A DNA stretch of 64,000 bases from Candidatus Woesebacteria bacterium RIFCSPLOWO2_01_FULL_39_23. Its GTDB lineage: Bacteria; Patescibacteriota; Microgenomatia; UBA8517. Below are positions 49,129 through 58,082 of the stretch, one piece after another. The translations under genes and the position numbers were made by a program. Each line of letters begins with the position of its first letter. The stretch's first letter is position 1. The notes beneath the pieces are model-generated. The model saw only the letters and a program-made list of their open reading frames with translations. It did not search any database and had not been told where the DNA came from. The DNA is taken from contig MGHG01000009.1 in NCBI GenBank assembly GCA_001793095.1, positions 15,450 to 79,449 on the forward strand, in the 5' to 3' direction.

Positions 49129-49797
49129 TTACAGGAATTTTTCCAGTGCGCTGGCTGCTGCGCTCTGTGCAGCCTCGCTCTTATTTTTACCTGCTCCTGT
49201 ACCTAAAGACTGTCCGTCGACAACAATTTCTATCGTAAATACTTTCGCATGATCCGGTCCCTCTTCGGATAGAACTCTATATTTCGGAGTTCCGAAACCT
49301 TTCGACTGCACAATTTCCTGTATGAGACTTTTAGGATCTTTTAGTTCTTTTTTAGCTTTAGCTTCGAGATCAACTAAGATATTATCTTTTATAAATGTTT
49401 CGGCCCCTGAGGTACCCTTATCCAAAAATAAAGCCCCGATTATGGCTTCTGTAGTATTGGCGAGAATTGAAGGATTTTCCCTACCCCCTCCGTCTTCCTC
49501 CCCCTTTGAAAGATAAATATATTTGCCTAAATCCATGTTTATTGCAACCTGCGAAAGGCTTATGGTGTTGACAAGTTGTGCTCTTAAGGCGGTTAAAAAT
49601 CCTTCCTCCTTTAGTGGAAATTTTTGGTATAAAGCGTTTGAAACAATAAATTCCAATACAGCATCGCCTAAAAATTCCAAACGTTCATTTGACCGTCTTT
49701 TACCCGGATTTTCGTTTACCCACGATCTATGAGTAAGAGCTAAATCCATTAAACCTTTATCGCCAAAAGTATTTTTAAGCTCAATGTATGTTTTCAT
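49129..49797 (-). CDS. rnc: Ribonuclease III
   Basis: ERLEFLGDAVLEFIVSNALY signature and a C-terminal dsRBD. Confidence 0.9.
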   Translation of the reverse strand: MKTYIELKNTFGDKGLMDLALTHRSWVNENPGKRRSNERLEFLGDAVLEFIVSNALYQKFPLKEEGFLTALRAQLVNTISLSQVAINMDLGKYIYLSKGEEDGGGRENPSILANTTEAIIGALFLDKGTSGAETFIKDNILVDLEAKAKKELKDPKSLIQEIVQSKGFGTPKYRVLSEEGPDHAKVFTIEIVVDGQSLGTGAGKNKSEAAQSAAASALEKFL

Positions 49798-49812
49798 GAT
49801 TAGAATAAGGTA

Positions 49813-50061
49813 TTAGATTTCATCTTGGGTGATGCTTTCGATAAGCTCACCCACTGTTTCGATGTTTATGAAATCGATTAAGGTTGTATCGAATTTATTT
49901 TCGGACAACAATTCGCTAAAATCAGTTAGATCCGTCGAACTCATATGCAGATCGTCTCTGAGGGAATCGTCCTCGTGGATATCTTCCTGCCCCAATCCAA
50001 GCTGTTCAGCGAGAAGTGTTTTTATTTTGAGTTGTTTATTTTCCATATTATTTTTCGTCAC
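49813..50061 (-). CDS. Acyl carrier protein-like
   Basis: 82 aa, acidic, four-helix pattern. DSL at the expected phosphopantetheine-Ser position (EDDSLRDDL). Confidence 0.5.
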   Translation of the reverse strand: MTKNNMENKQLKIKTLLAEQLGLGQEDIHEDDSLRDDLHMSSTDLTDFSELLSENKFDTTLIDFINIETVGELIESITQDEI

Positions 50062-50428
50062 TATGTCCGAATATTGTACCTAATACGCCATTGATAAAGG
50101 AAGGCGATGCTTCCCCGCCAAACTCCTTCGCAATTTCAACTGCCTCGTCTATTATAACCTTCGGAGGGTTTTTTTTAAGTTCCAATTCATAAATTGCCAA
50201 TCGGAGAATTGCTAAATCAATTTTATTTAGCTTATCAATCGGCCATATTGTAGCGGCTTTGGCTATAACTTCATCAATGTCTTTTTCTTTATCGAGAATG
50301 TCTTTTAAGCTGATCGGTAAGTTTGGTTGATGTGTAAAACTTTCGGCAAATAAGGCCTTGACGATATTGATGCGGTCAATATGGCGTGGATCTTTAGCTG
50401 TTTTCATATTTGAAGTTATGTCCCACAA
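50048..50428 (-). CDS. nusB: Transcription antitermination factor NusB
   Basis: 126 aa. [17 protein letters not shown] and [13 protein letters not shown] are NusB-like. Confidence 0.8.
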   Translation of the reverse strand: MWDITSNMKTAKDPRHIDRINIVKALFAESFTHQPNLPISLKDILDKEKDIDEVIAKAATIWPIDKLNKIDLAILRLAIYELELKKNPPKVIIDEAVEIAKEFGGEASPSFINGVLGTIFGHSDEK

Positions 50429-50443
50429 TCAGATTACAGGTGT

Positions 50444-50605
50444 CTAGCTGCGGTAGTATCCGCAATGCGGACAAGCTTTATGTGACTCCTTGAGTTTTTT
50501 ACAATTAGGACAGCGACTCAGGTTAGGCATGTTTGTTTTAAAATTTGCAAAACGCCTTTTGTTACTTCTTGACCTGGTATGCTTTTTCTTAGGTAAGGGT
50601 GTCAT
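50444..50605 (-). CDS. rpmF: 50S ribosomal protein L32 (53 aa; below the ORF-track cutoff)
   Basis: Hand translation of the minus strand: MTPLPKKKHTRSRSNKRRFANFKTNMPNLSRCPNCKKLKESHKACPHCGYYRS. Basic N-terminus plus a CxxC...CxxC zinc ribbon typical of L32. Confidence 0.8.
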   Translation of the reverse strand: MTPLPKKKHTRSRSNKRRFANFKTNMPNLSRCPNCKKLKESHKACPHCGYYRS

Positions 50606-50650
50606 AAACATTTCTCACCTTCTTTTAAAAGAAGGTGAGTCAAAGAAATG
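50606..50650 (-). promoter_or_regulatory. Conserved leader element (ATTTCTTTGAC + hairpin CTCACCTTCTT/AAGAAGGTGAG) before the rpmF start
   Basis: The minus strand reads ATTTCTTTGA-CTCACCTTCTT-ttaa-AAGAAGGTGAG-aaatgttt-ATG. The SD GAAGGTGAG lies entirely inside the 3' arm. Confidence 0.55.
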
Positions 50651-50673
50651 AAAACAAAGACAATACTCTTGGA

Positions 50674-50702
50674 ATTGTAATGGAAATATACTGTTCATGC
50701 AA
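50674..50702 (-). promoter_or_regulatory. Sigma70-like promoter of rpmF (-35 TTGCAT, 17 bp, -10 TACAAT)
   Basis: The minus strand reads TTGCATgaacagtatatttccatTACAATtccaag. The block tttccatTACAATtcca is identical to the rpsP promoter. Confidence 0.55.
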
Positions 50703-50860
50703 GACATAATCAGCTCTCTACGAATAAGGATGTTTAAGGTTCTAAATACCTACCTGTGTATTAATTGATATGTATATTAAAAACGCACTAGTTATATATA
50801 CTATATTTAGTGTTTTTTTTGCATTAATATCTTTTAAATCTTTTATCCAAGAAAATAAAT

Positions 50861-50888
50861 TCTACATCACTATGTTGAGATGTAGAAT
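50861..50888. promoter_or_regulatory. Inverted-repeat operator-like site TCTACATC-N10-GATGTAGA, 30 nt upstream of the TrpR-like gene
   Basis: tctacatcactatgttgagatgtaga. A second copy (acatcacaacgttgagatgtaga) overlaps the stop codon of the same gene at 51472-51499. Confidence 0.45.
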
Positions 50889-50918
50889 ATTTAACTCGAT
50901 CGTGATAGCATTATTTAA

Positions 50919-51491
50919 GTGAATTCAACAACATTTTACGATAAAGAAAAAAGATTAGACAAATTATCCAAATCAGAGCAGGAAGATTTATTATTTGATC
51001 TGATAAACGCATTTGCTGTAGTAAAAAATTCGGAAGATTCTGCTTTGCTTTTACACGACCTTTTAACTAAAAGAGAAGTTCAGAACTTATCAAAAAGACT
51101 TAGAATTGCAAAATTACTTTTAGCGGACGTATTACAGGAGGATATTACAAATAAACTTCATTGTAGTTATGCTACTATTACCAAAGTAAAAGTATGGCTG
51201 GATGAAGGTGGTGACGGTTTAAGAAAGGTAATCAGTAAATTACCAGAAAGAAAGTTAAAACCTAAATATGAAAAATCTTTAGTAAAACCGGACCTACCAA
51301 AAATATTAATAGCTTTAGCGCGAGAATATGGTTTTACTAAGGAAAAACATAAACTTGATAATTTTTTAAACGACCTTGAAGGCAAACATTTAATTGATAA
51401 ACAAATTAGACAAGTTTTTAACGATGAATTCAGGTCGCTTCATAGTGATAAAGTTAAAAAAGACTTTATTAAAACTACATCACAACGTTGA
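50919..51491 (+). CDS. TrpR-like (YerC/YecD family) HTH regulator with C-terminal extension; GTG start
   Basis: LSKRLRIAKLLLADVLQEDITNKLHCSYATITKV matches the YerC/YecD TrpR-like pattern (from memory). Confidence 0.45.
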   Translation: MNSTTFYDKEKRLDKLSKSEQEDLLFDLINAFAVVKNSEDSALLLHDLLTKREVQNLSKRLRIAKLLLADVLQEDITNKLHCSYATITKVKVWLDEGGDGLRKVISKLPERKLKPKYEKSLVKPDLPKILIALAREYGFTKEKHKLDNFLNDLEGKHLIDKQIRQVFNDEFRSLHSDKVKKDFIKTTSQR

Positions 51492-51499
51492 GATGTAGA
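51472..51499. promoter_or_regulatory. Second copy of the inverted-repeat site (CTACATC-N10-GATGTAG) overlapping the stop codon of the TrpR-like gene
   Basis: A direct repeat of the upstream site (ACATCAC-N3-GTTGAGATGTAGA shared). Confidence 0.4.
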
Positions 51500-51627
51500 T
51501 ATCCACAAAGTTAGACCATTATGTAGTATGTTGGTCAATTTTAATATGTTGCTAAATTTTGAAGTATTGGTATATTTTGTGATTATATTCTAAACGTAAC
51601 CGGAATATAACCGTAATTGTGGTTGTT

Positions 51628-53664
51628 TCAATTCGGGACGATGTTTTTTGATTTTATTTGAGCAATAAGTTGCCGGTAGTCATTGGGGTTTGAGATAACC
51701 TCTTTTGCAATCTCTTTGGCTTTTTTTATCAAATAGATATCCTGCCAGTTCGCAATTTTCAGATTATGAAAACCATGCTGACGGGTGCCGAAAATTTCAC
51801 CTGGGCCTCTTAATTTCAAATCTAGCTCAGCAAGTTCGAAGCCGGATTTATTTTCTTTCAATGCTTTTAGGCGTGCTCTTACTAGCCTTGAGGTATTTTC
51901 GGTAAACAGTAGACAGTACGACTTTTTTTCTCCTCTGCCGATTCTGCCTCGCAATTGGTGAAGTTGTGCTAAACCGAAACGTTCAGATGCCTCGATTATC
52001 ATAATTGTTGCATTTGGTATATCAATACCGACTTCAACTACGGGCGTAGATACAAGAATTTCTATATCTCCTTTACTGAATTTGTCTAACATTAAGTTCT
52101 TGTCTTTGGCTTTTTGTTTTCCGTGCAGAAGTCCTACGTGGTAGTCTTTAAAAATCTTTGTTAACTTTTCGTATTCCCGAGTCGCGGCTTTAATTTGTTT
52201 CATAGTTTCGATTTGTGGCTCTTCAATCAATGGACAAATCACGAAAGCTTGAGTTTTAAATTCTTTAATTTGTTTTTTGATCCAGTCATAAGCGGAGTTG
52301 CGTTTGAATTGAGGTACAATCCAGGTTGTTATTGGCCTTCTACCTCCTGGAAGCTCATCCAGCGTTGATAAATCAAGATCTCCGTAGAAAGTTAATGCTA
52401 CAGTACGGGGTATGGGTGTTGCAGTAAGTGTTAATACATGGGGCGAAGTTCTTCTGTCTCCGGCTTTTTTGATTAAATGTGCACGCTGTTCTACTCCGAA
52501 TCGGTGTTGTTCGTCTATTACTACTAATGCAACTTTGTCAAATTTGACCTTTTTGTGAATCAAAGCGTGTGTTCCGACAATAATGTCGCTTTTACCTAAG
52601 TCGGCTTTTACCCCCTCTGACGTGATTAAGCTTATTCTGACCTTAAAAGCAGCAAATATCGTATTGAGAGTGTTGAAGTGCTGGTTTGCGAGTATTTGAG
52701 TAGGAGCCATAAATACGCTTTGATAGCCTTCGGTAAACGCTGCAAATGCGGCAGCTGCCGCTACCGCAGTTTTGCCGCTTCCTACATCGCCCTCCAAAAG
52801 CCTATTCATAGGATAACTTTTACTTAAATCAGAAAAAATTTCTTTAACTGCATGCTTTTGGGAATCTGTTAAAGAAAAAGGGAGCGAGGCTAAGAACATG
52901 TCAAAGGTGTCGTTATCTATGTTTAAACTTTTTGCAACTTTAACTTTTTGCCAATCATTTTTTTTGTCGAGGCTTGAGACCTGGTGGTATAAAAGTTCGT
53001 CGAAAGCCAGTCTTTTTTTACCGATTTCAGCTTGTTCTAAGTTATCTGGGAAATGACTATGAAGTAGTGATGAGTAAAGATCGGGTAATTTTAGTTTTTT
53101 CAGGAGCTTATCCGGTAAAGGATCGGAAATCTCAGACTTATGAAGGTTTATAATAGTAAATATTTTTCCGCGGAGCCACTTTGAAGAGACCCTCGCCGTT
53201 TCCGGATAAATAGGCACAAGTCTTCCGGTATGTAAATTGTTTGATCCAATTTCCACGCTTTCATACTCAGGACTCATGAGCGTAATTTTTCTGTTGAAGA
53301 GAGTGGCTTTCCCGGAAAAAGAATATAATCCTCCTTTGGAGATATTTTTAATGAGATACGGTTGGTTAAACCAGACGACTTGCATTAATCCGCTTTTATC
53401 TTCTACTTCCCCGATTTGTATTTTTTTACCGTATCGGGTGTAAATATTTTTAATTGAGAGAATGGTACCTTTTATGGTAACTGTTTCTTCCGGTTGGACT
53501 TCCCGTATCGGTGACAGTGTTCGGAAATCGTTATACCGGTGAGGAACGTGGTAAAGCAGGTCACCAAGAGTAGTTATATCAAGTTTATTGAGCCTTTTAG
53601 CATACGCCGGACCAATCGTCGGAAGCTTACTCACGGGTAAATCCAAGTTCATACTTAAGATCAT
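51628..53664 (-). CDS. recG: ATP-dependent DNA helicase RecG
   Basis: 678 aa. N-terminal wedge/OB domain. Helicase motifs GDVGSGKT, DEQHRFG and QLRGRIGRG. Confidence 0.9.
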   Translation of the reverse strand: MILSMNLDLPVSKLPTIGPAYAKRLNKLDITTLGDLLYHVPHRYNDFRTLSPIREVQPEETVTIKGTILSIKNIYTRYGKKIQIGEVEDKSGLMQVVWFNQPYLIKNISKGGLYSFSGKATLFNRKITLMSPEYESVEIGSNNLHTGRLVPIYPETARVSSKWLRGKIFTIINLHKSEISDPLPDKLLKKLKLPDLYSSLLHSHFPDNLEQAEIGKKRLAFDELLYHQVSSLDKKNDWQKVKVAKSLNIDNDTFDMFLASLPFSLTDSQKHAVKEIFSDLSKSYPMNRLLEGDVGSGKTAVAAAAAFAAFTEGYQSVFMAPTQILANQHFNTLNTIFAAFKVRISLITSEGVKADLGKSDIIVGTHALIHKKVKFDKVALVVIDEQHRFGVEQRAHLIKKAGDRRTSPHVLTLTATPIPRTVALTFYGDLDLSTLDELPGGRRPITTWIVPQFKRNSAYDWIKKQIKEFKTQAFVICPLIEEPQIETMKQIKAATREYEKLTKIFKDYHVGLLHGKQKAKDKNLMLDKFSKGDIEILVSTPVVEVGIDIPNATIMIIEASERFGLAQLHQLRGRIGRGEKKSYCLLFTENTSRLVRARLKALKENKSGFELAELDLKLRGPGEIFGTRQHGFHNLKIANWQDIYLIKKAKEIAKEVISNPNDYRQLIAQIKSKNIVPN

Positions 53665-53783
53665 ACCACCTGCTAAAAAATATAAAAAAGAATGGGAAGA
53701 AACGTTGTTAGTAGAAGTGCAATAGTTGCAATCATTACGAGTACTTTTACAAACTTTTGTTGTTTTTTACTTCTTAGCATGTG

Positions 53784-54938
53784 TTATTTCACTTTGATAA
53801 ATCTTTTTTTACCTATTCTGATAATATCTCCTTTGGCTAAGTTAATAATACTATTGGGTATTAAAACTTTCTGGTCGTTAAGCTCGACTGCACCCTCTAA
53901 AACCAATTTTTTAGCGTGGACCGTACTCCCCGTGGCATTGGAAAGAATAGGTAGCATTCTGGCTTGATATTGCCCAGGTTTAATGAAAATTTCGATTTGC
54001 GCCTCGTTATATTTGTGCTCTTTATGTACTTGGTCAAATTTTAACTCGGCTTGGTTAGCTGAAGATTTGCCGAAATAATTTGACGTAATTTCTTTAGCTA
54101 GGTTTCTCTTGAGAAGATATGGATTTCGATCATTAGGTTTATTCTCTATTATGACGTTGGTACATAATTCGTAATACTCAGGAATCAAATCGTCTGATAT
54201 TGACATTACCTTTCCATATATATCGAAAGCATTTGTATTTATTGGAATGTAATTTCCTGCGGATTTACTCATCTTAGAGCCGTCAGTTCCTAATAAAAGT
54301 TTCATTATTACCACGTCTTGTTCTTTCTGTCCGTAGCGCTTTTGCATCTGTCTGCCCATAAGAAGGTTAAATTTCTGATCAGTCCCTCCCAACTCTACGT
54401 CGGCTCTCAGCCGTACTGAGTCATACCCCTGCATTAGTGGGTATAGAGTTTCAAGATAGGATACATCGTCACCCTCCTCAACTCTTTGACGGAAGTCTTT
54501 TCTCTCAAAAATTTGAGCGAGAGTTGCTTTTGATGCAAGTTCAAATATTTTATATAAATCCATTTTTGCTAACCAGGTACTGTTATACTCAAATTTTACT
54601 TTTTTTAAATCTAATATTTTCCCCGCCTGTTCCTTGTAAGACGTCATATTTTTTTCTATTTCTTCTTTTGTTAAAACTTTCCTTGAGACATTCCTTCCGC
54701 TAGGATCACCTATACTCGCGGTAAAATCTCCAATGACAAGAACTGCCTGATGTCCTAAATCTTGGAATTGGCGTAGTTTTCTTAGAACTACCGCATGACC
54801 CAAATGAAGATCTGTTCCCGTAGGATCAATTCCAAGTTTAACGATCAGTTTTTCACTGGATCTAAGCTTGTTAATGAGAGATTCTCTGACTATTATCTCA
54901 TCAACGCTGCTCGTCAAAACTTCATCGATTTTATCCAT
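53784..54938 (-). CDS. tyrS: Tyrosine--tRNA ligase
   Basis: HLGH (DLHLGHAV) and KMSKS motifs. C-terminal S4-like domain. Confidence 0.9.
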   Translation of the reverse strand: MDKIDEVLTSSVDEIIVRESLINKLRSSEKLIVKLGIDPTGTDLHLGHAVVLRKLRQFQDLGHQAVLVIGDFTASIGDPSGRNVSRKVLTKEEIEKNMTSYKEQAGKILDLKKVKFEYNSTWLAKMDLYKIFELASKATLAQIFERKDFRQRVEEGDDVSYLETLYPLMQGYDSVRLRADVELGGTDQKFNLLMGRQMQKRYGQKEQDVVIMKLLLGTDGSKMSKSAGNYIPINTNAFDIYGKVMSISDDLIPEYYELCTNVIIENKPNDRNPYLLKRNLAKEITSNYFGKSSANQAELKFDQVHKEHKYNEAQIEIFIKPGQYQARMLPILSNATGSTVHAKKLVLEGAVELNDQKVLIPNSIINLAKGDIIRIGKKRFIKVK

Positions 54939-55001
54939 AATAAATGCATTTTAATCCTAAATACTTGGTGCGTCAAAGCCCATTGGGTGTATCATTAATA
55001 G

Positions 55002-57686
55002 GTGGGAAAGTTTATGGATGAATTTAGGCATTTTAAGGGTGATTTGATACAATTTGTAGAGTCTAGAAAATTCATGGCTGTTTGGAAACAAAGATTACAA
55101 AAAAGAAATAGTTTTTATAGTACTAGGCAACGCAAAATCTCAGGAAATTCACTGAAAAGAAAACTTTATTTTCTGACAAAGTTTTCTTTTCTAGGTATTA
55201 TATTTTTATTTTTGAGCTCATTTATAGTATTTCCCCTTGTAGCCTACGATCTCCCCTCGCCGGAGAAAGTAGTAAGACACGAAGGATTCTCGACAAAGAT
55301 TTTGGACAGGAACGGCGAAGTTCTGTACGATATTTATGCCAACGAGAGGAGATCTCCTGCTAAATTTGAGGACATCCCAGATTATTTAAAGGAGGCAACA
55401 ATAGCAATAGAAGATAAGAATTTTTATAAACATAAGGGTTTTGACCCAACGGGAATATTAAGGGGTTTATCAAAGATTTTTACAACTGGAAGAGCTCAGG
55501 GAGGATCGACACTTACTCAGCAACTTGTTAAGAATGTTTTGGTGGGAAACGAGAGATCAATTTTCAGAAAAATTAAGGAATTTATTTTAGCTGTCCAAAT
55601 TGAGAAAAAGTACACTAAGGATGAAATATTGCAGATGTATTTGAACGAAGCCCCATACGGCGGAACTGCTTGGGGAGTTGAAGCCGCTTCCGAGATTTAT
55701 TTTGGTAAAAACGTAAAAGATTTAGATTTGGTAGAATCGGCGATTTTAGCGGGTCTTCCACAACGCCCTTCTTATTACTCACCTTATTCGACACATCCGG
55801 ATGCCTATGTAGACAGAACAAAAGGGGTCTTAAGGCGAATGCGAGAGGATGGGTATATTACCGAAGAACAAGAGAATGAGGTTGTCGACATGTTACCTGA
55901 TGTAAATTTTATCGGCAAAGGGGGAAATTTTAAGGCACCGCACTTCGTACAATATGTTCAAAGTGTTCTCGAGGATAGATACGGTGATACTATTATTGAG
56001 CAGGGAGGATTGAAAGTGACAACCACTCTTGATTGGAAACTTCAGGAGACCGCTCAGGAAATTGTGGCCGAAGAAATAGAAAAAGTGGCGAAGTTGAAGA
56101 TCGGTAACGGGGCAGCTGTAGTATTAAATCCTGAAACAGGTGAAATTCTTGCCATGGTAGGATCGAAGGACTTTAATGCACCTGATTATGATGGTCAATT
56201 CAATGTTACGACAGCCCCCCGCCAACCCGGATCCGCTATAAAACCCATTACTTATGCCACTGCTTTGAAAAAAGGTTATACACCTTCAACTTTGATCATG
56301 GACGTTCCGACAAAATTCCCGGGAGGTATCGGCCAGCCTGTTTATGAACCTGTAAATTACGATGGAAAATATCGCGGTCCGATTCAACTTCGCTATGCAT
56401 TGGCTAACTCAATTAACATTCCGGCCGTAAAAATGCTGGCGAGAGTCGGTATTAAAGACGTCCTTGAAACTGCCTATGATCTTGGTATATCGACCCTGCC
56501 GCCTACACAGGATACTTTAGACCGGGTTGGGTTATCTCTTACATTGGGCGGTGGTGAAGTCAGATTACTGGAGCTAACAGGCGCATATTCGGCTCTTATG
56601 AATAAGGGCTATAAAGTCGAACCGGTTTCAATATTAAAGATCGAGGACGCAAATGGGAAGATCATGGAAGAAAATAAACCCGAAAAGGGAAAACATGTAT
56701 TAAGTGACGAAGAAGCATATTTAATAGCCAATATTCTTTCAGATAACGATGCCAGATCCCAAGTCTTTGGGACGAATTCGCTCTTAAATATACCCGGAAA
56801 AACCGTAGCCGTTAAAACCGGAACAACAAATGACAAGAAAGATAATTGGACAATCGGCGGTAATACACAAGCTTTGGTCGGGGTATGGGTGGGAAATAAC
56901 GACAACACGTCTATGCTGCAAGTCGCCTCGGGGGTGACAGGGGCTTCTCCGATTTGGAGAAAGATTTTATTGGAAGCACTGCAAGATAAACCCAATGTTC
57001 GTTTTGACGTGCCTGCCGGTATTGTAACTGCTGCAGTTGATACAGTTTCGGGTTTCGCTACCCATGATGGCTATCCGTCGAGGATTGAATTGTTTGTGAA
57101 AGGAACTGAACCGGGAGAGGATCCTATTCATGTTAAATTAAAAGTTTGTAAGTCTGACGGAAAATTGGCAACGCCTTCGGATATTGCAGCCGGGAATTAC
57201 GATGAAAAAGAATATTTTGTATTCAAAGAGGAAGATGCAACCGGTGGAATTGAAGGAGAAAATATGTGGCAAAAAGGTATTTTGGATTGGATGGCGACAC
57301 AGGCTGATTCTAAATATCATCCCCCGACTGATTATTGCGGAACGCAAAATCCGGTTAATGTGGAATTTGTATCACCTCACGACCATGATTCCAATTTACC
57401 CAATAAGTTTAATATGGAGGTACGAGCCGATTCGACGGCAGATATAATCGAAGTGACATTTGAGATTGATGGGATGAAACTTCGCTCATTTACAGCTCCT
57501 CCCTATAAAGACGATGTTGAGCTTACGGACGGTATCCACGAACTGCGTGCAATAGCCCGCGATTCCAATGGCAAGGAATCGGATAGACGGATAAAAATAG
57601 GTGTACACGTTCCCTGGGACTACTCCCCTTCCCCGACACCAACGGTTACTCCCATTCCTTCGCCCGTAATTACGCTCACATTGTAA
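55002..57686 (+). CDS. Class A penicillin-binding protein (PBP1A-type transglycosylase/transpeptidase) with C-terminal Ig-like extension
   Basis: GT51 motifs (EDKNFYKHKGFD, RAQGGSTLTQQL). Transpeptidase motifs SAIKP, SxN and KTGT. Pro/Thr-rich C-terminal tail. Confidence 0.85.
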   Translation: MGKFMDEFRHFKGDLIQFVESRKFMAVWKQRLQKRNSFYSTRQRKISGNSLKRKLYFLTKFSFLGIIFLFLSSFIVFPLVAYDLPSPEKVVRHEGFSTKILDRNGEVLYDIYANERRSPAKFEDIPDYLKEATIAIEDKNFYKHKGFDPTGILRGLSKIFTTGRAQGGSTLTQQLVKNVLVGNERSIFRKIKEFILAVQIEKKYTKDEILQMYLNEAPYGGTAWGVEAASEIYFGKNVKDLDLVESAILAGLPQRPSYYSPYSTHPDAYVDRTKGVLRRMREDGYITEEQENEVVDMLPDVNFIGKGGNFKAPHFVQYVQSVLEDRYGDTIIEQGGLKVTTTLDWKLQETAQEIVAEEIEKVAKLKIGNGAAVVLNPETGEILAMVGSKDFNAPDYDGQFNVTTAPRQPGSAIKPITYATALKKGYTPSTLIMDVPTKFPGGIGQPVYEPVNYDGKYRGPIQLRYALANSINIPAVKMLARVGIKDVLETAYDLGISTLPPTQDTLDRVGLSLTLGGGEVRLLELTGAYSALMNKGYKVEPVSILKIEDANGKIMEENKPEKGKHVLSDEEAYLIANILSDNDARSQVFGTNSLLNIPGKTVAVKTGTTNDKKDNWTIGGNTQALVGVWVGNNDNTSMLQVASGVTGASPIWRKILLEALQDKPNVRFDVPAGIVTAAVDTVSGFATHDGYPSRIELFVKGTEPGEDPIHVKLKVCKSDGKLATPSDIAAGNYDEKEYFVFKEEDATGGIEGENMWQKGILDWMATQADSKYHPPTDYCGTQNPVNVEFVSPHDHDSNLPNKFNMEVRADSTADIIEVTFEIDGMKLRSFTAPPYKDDVELTDGIHELRAIARDSNGKESDRRIKIGVHVPWDYSPSPTPTVTPIPSPVITLTL

Positions 57687-57722
57687 ATTTGTCTTCTGTG
57701 ATATAATACTTTACGAATTAAT

Positions 57723-58082
57723 ATGTCACCCGAACAGCATACAGATAACCATACTTTCGAGGTTTTAATTGATGATCAGAAAGTAATTATTAATCCTAAT
57801 AAAAAAGACGAATTATCCAATTTGGTCTTGGATACAATAGGACAGGCACATGCTGACTTAAGATCTATGGAAAGAAGCGTACACTTTAAACCGAGTGGAA
57901 GACGTCGTACAAAACACGAATCCTCACAAGTTAGGAAAGAAGTCCAACCCAAAATTGAAGAACTCAGAAGGCAGTTAAAAGTGCTCCATGGAGAAAAATC
58001 CTTACCTGCAATACATACTGTAAAAGATAAAGATGGTAATGTGGTAGGTTTGGGTTTTAAAAACTCGTTAGTCTCAAGTTAG
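57723..58082 (+). CDS. Hypothetical protein
   Basis: 119 aa, basic middle region, no motif recognised. Confidence 0.3.
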   Translation: MSPEQHTDNHTFEVLIDDQKVIINPNKKDELSNLVLDTIGQAHADLRSMERSVHFKPSGRRRTKHESSQVRKEVQPKIEELRRQLKVLHGEKSLPAIHTVKDKDGNVVGLGFKNSLVSS

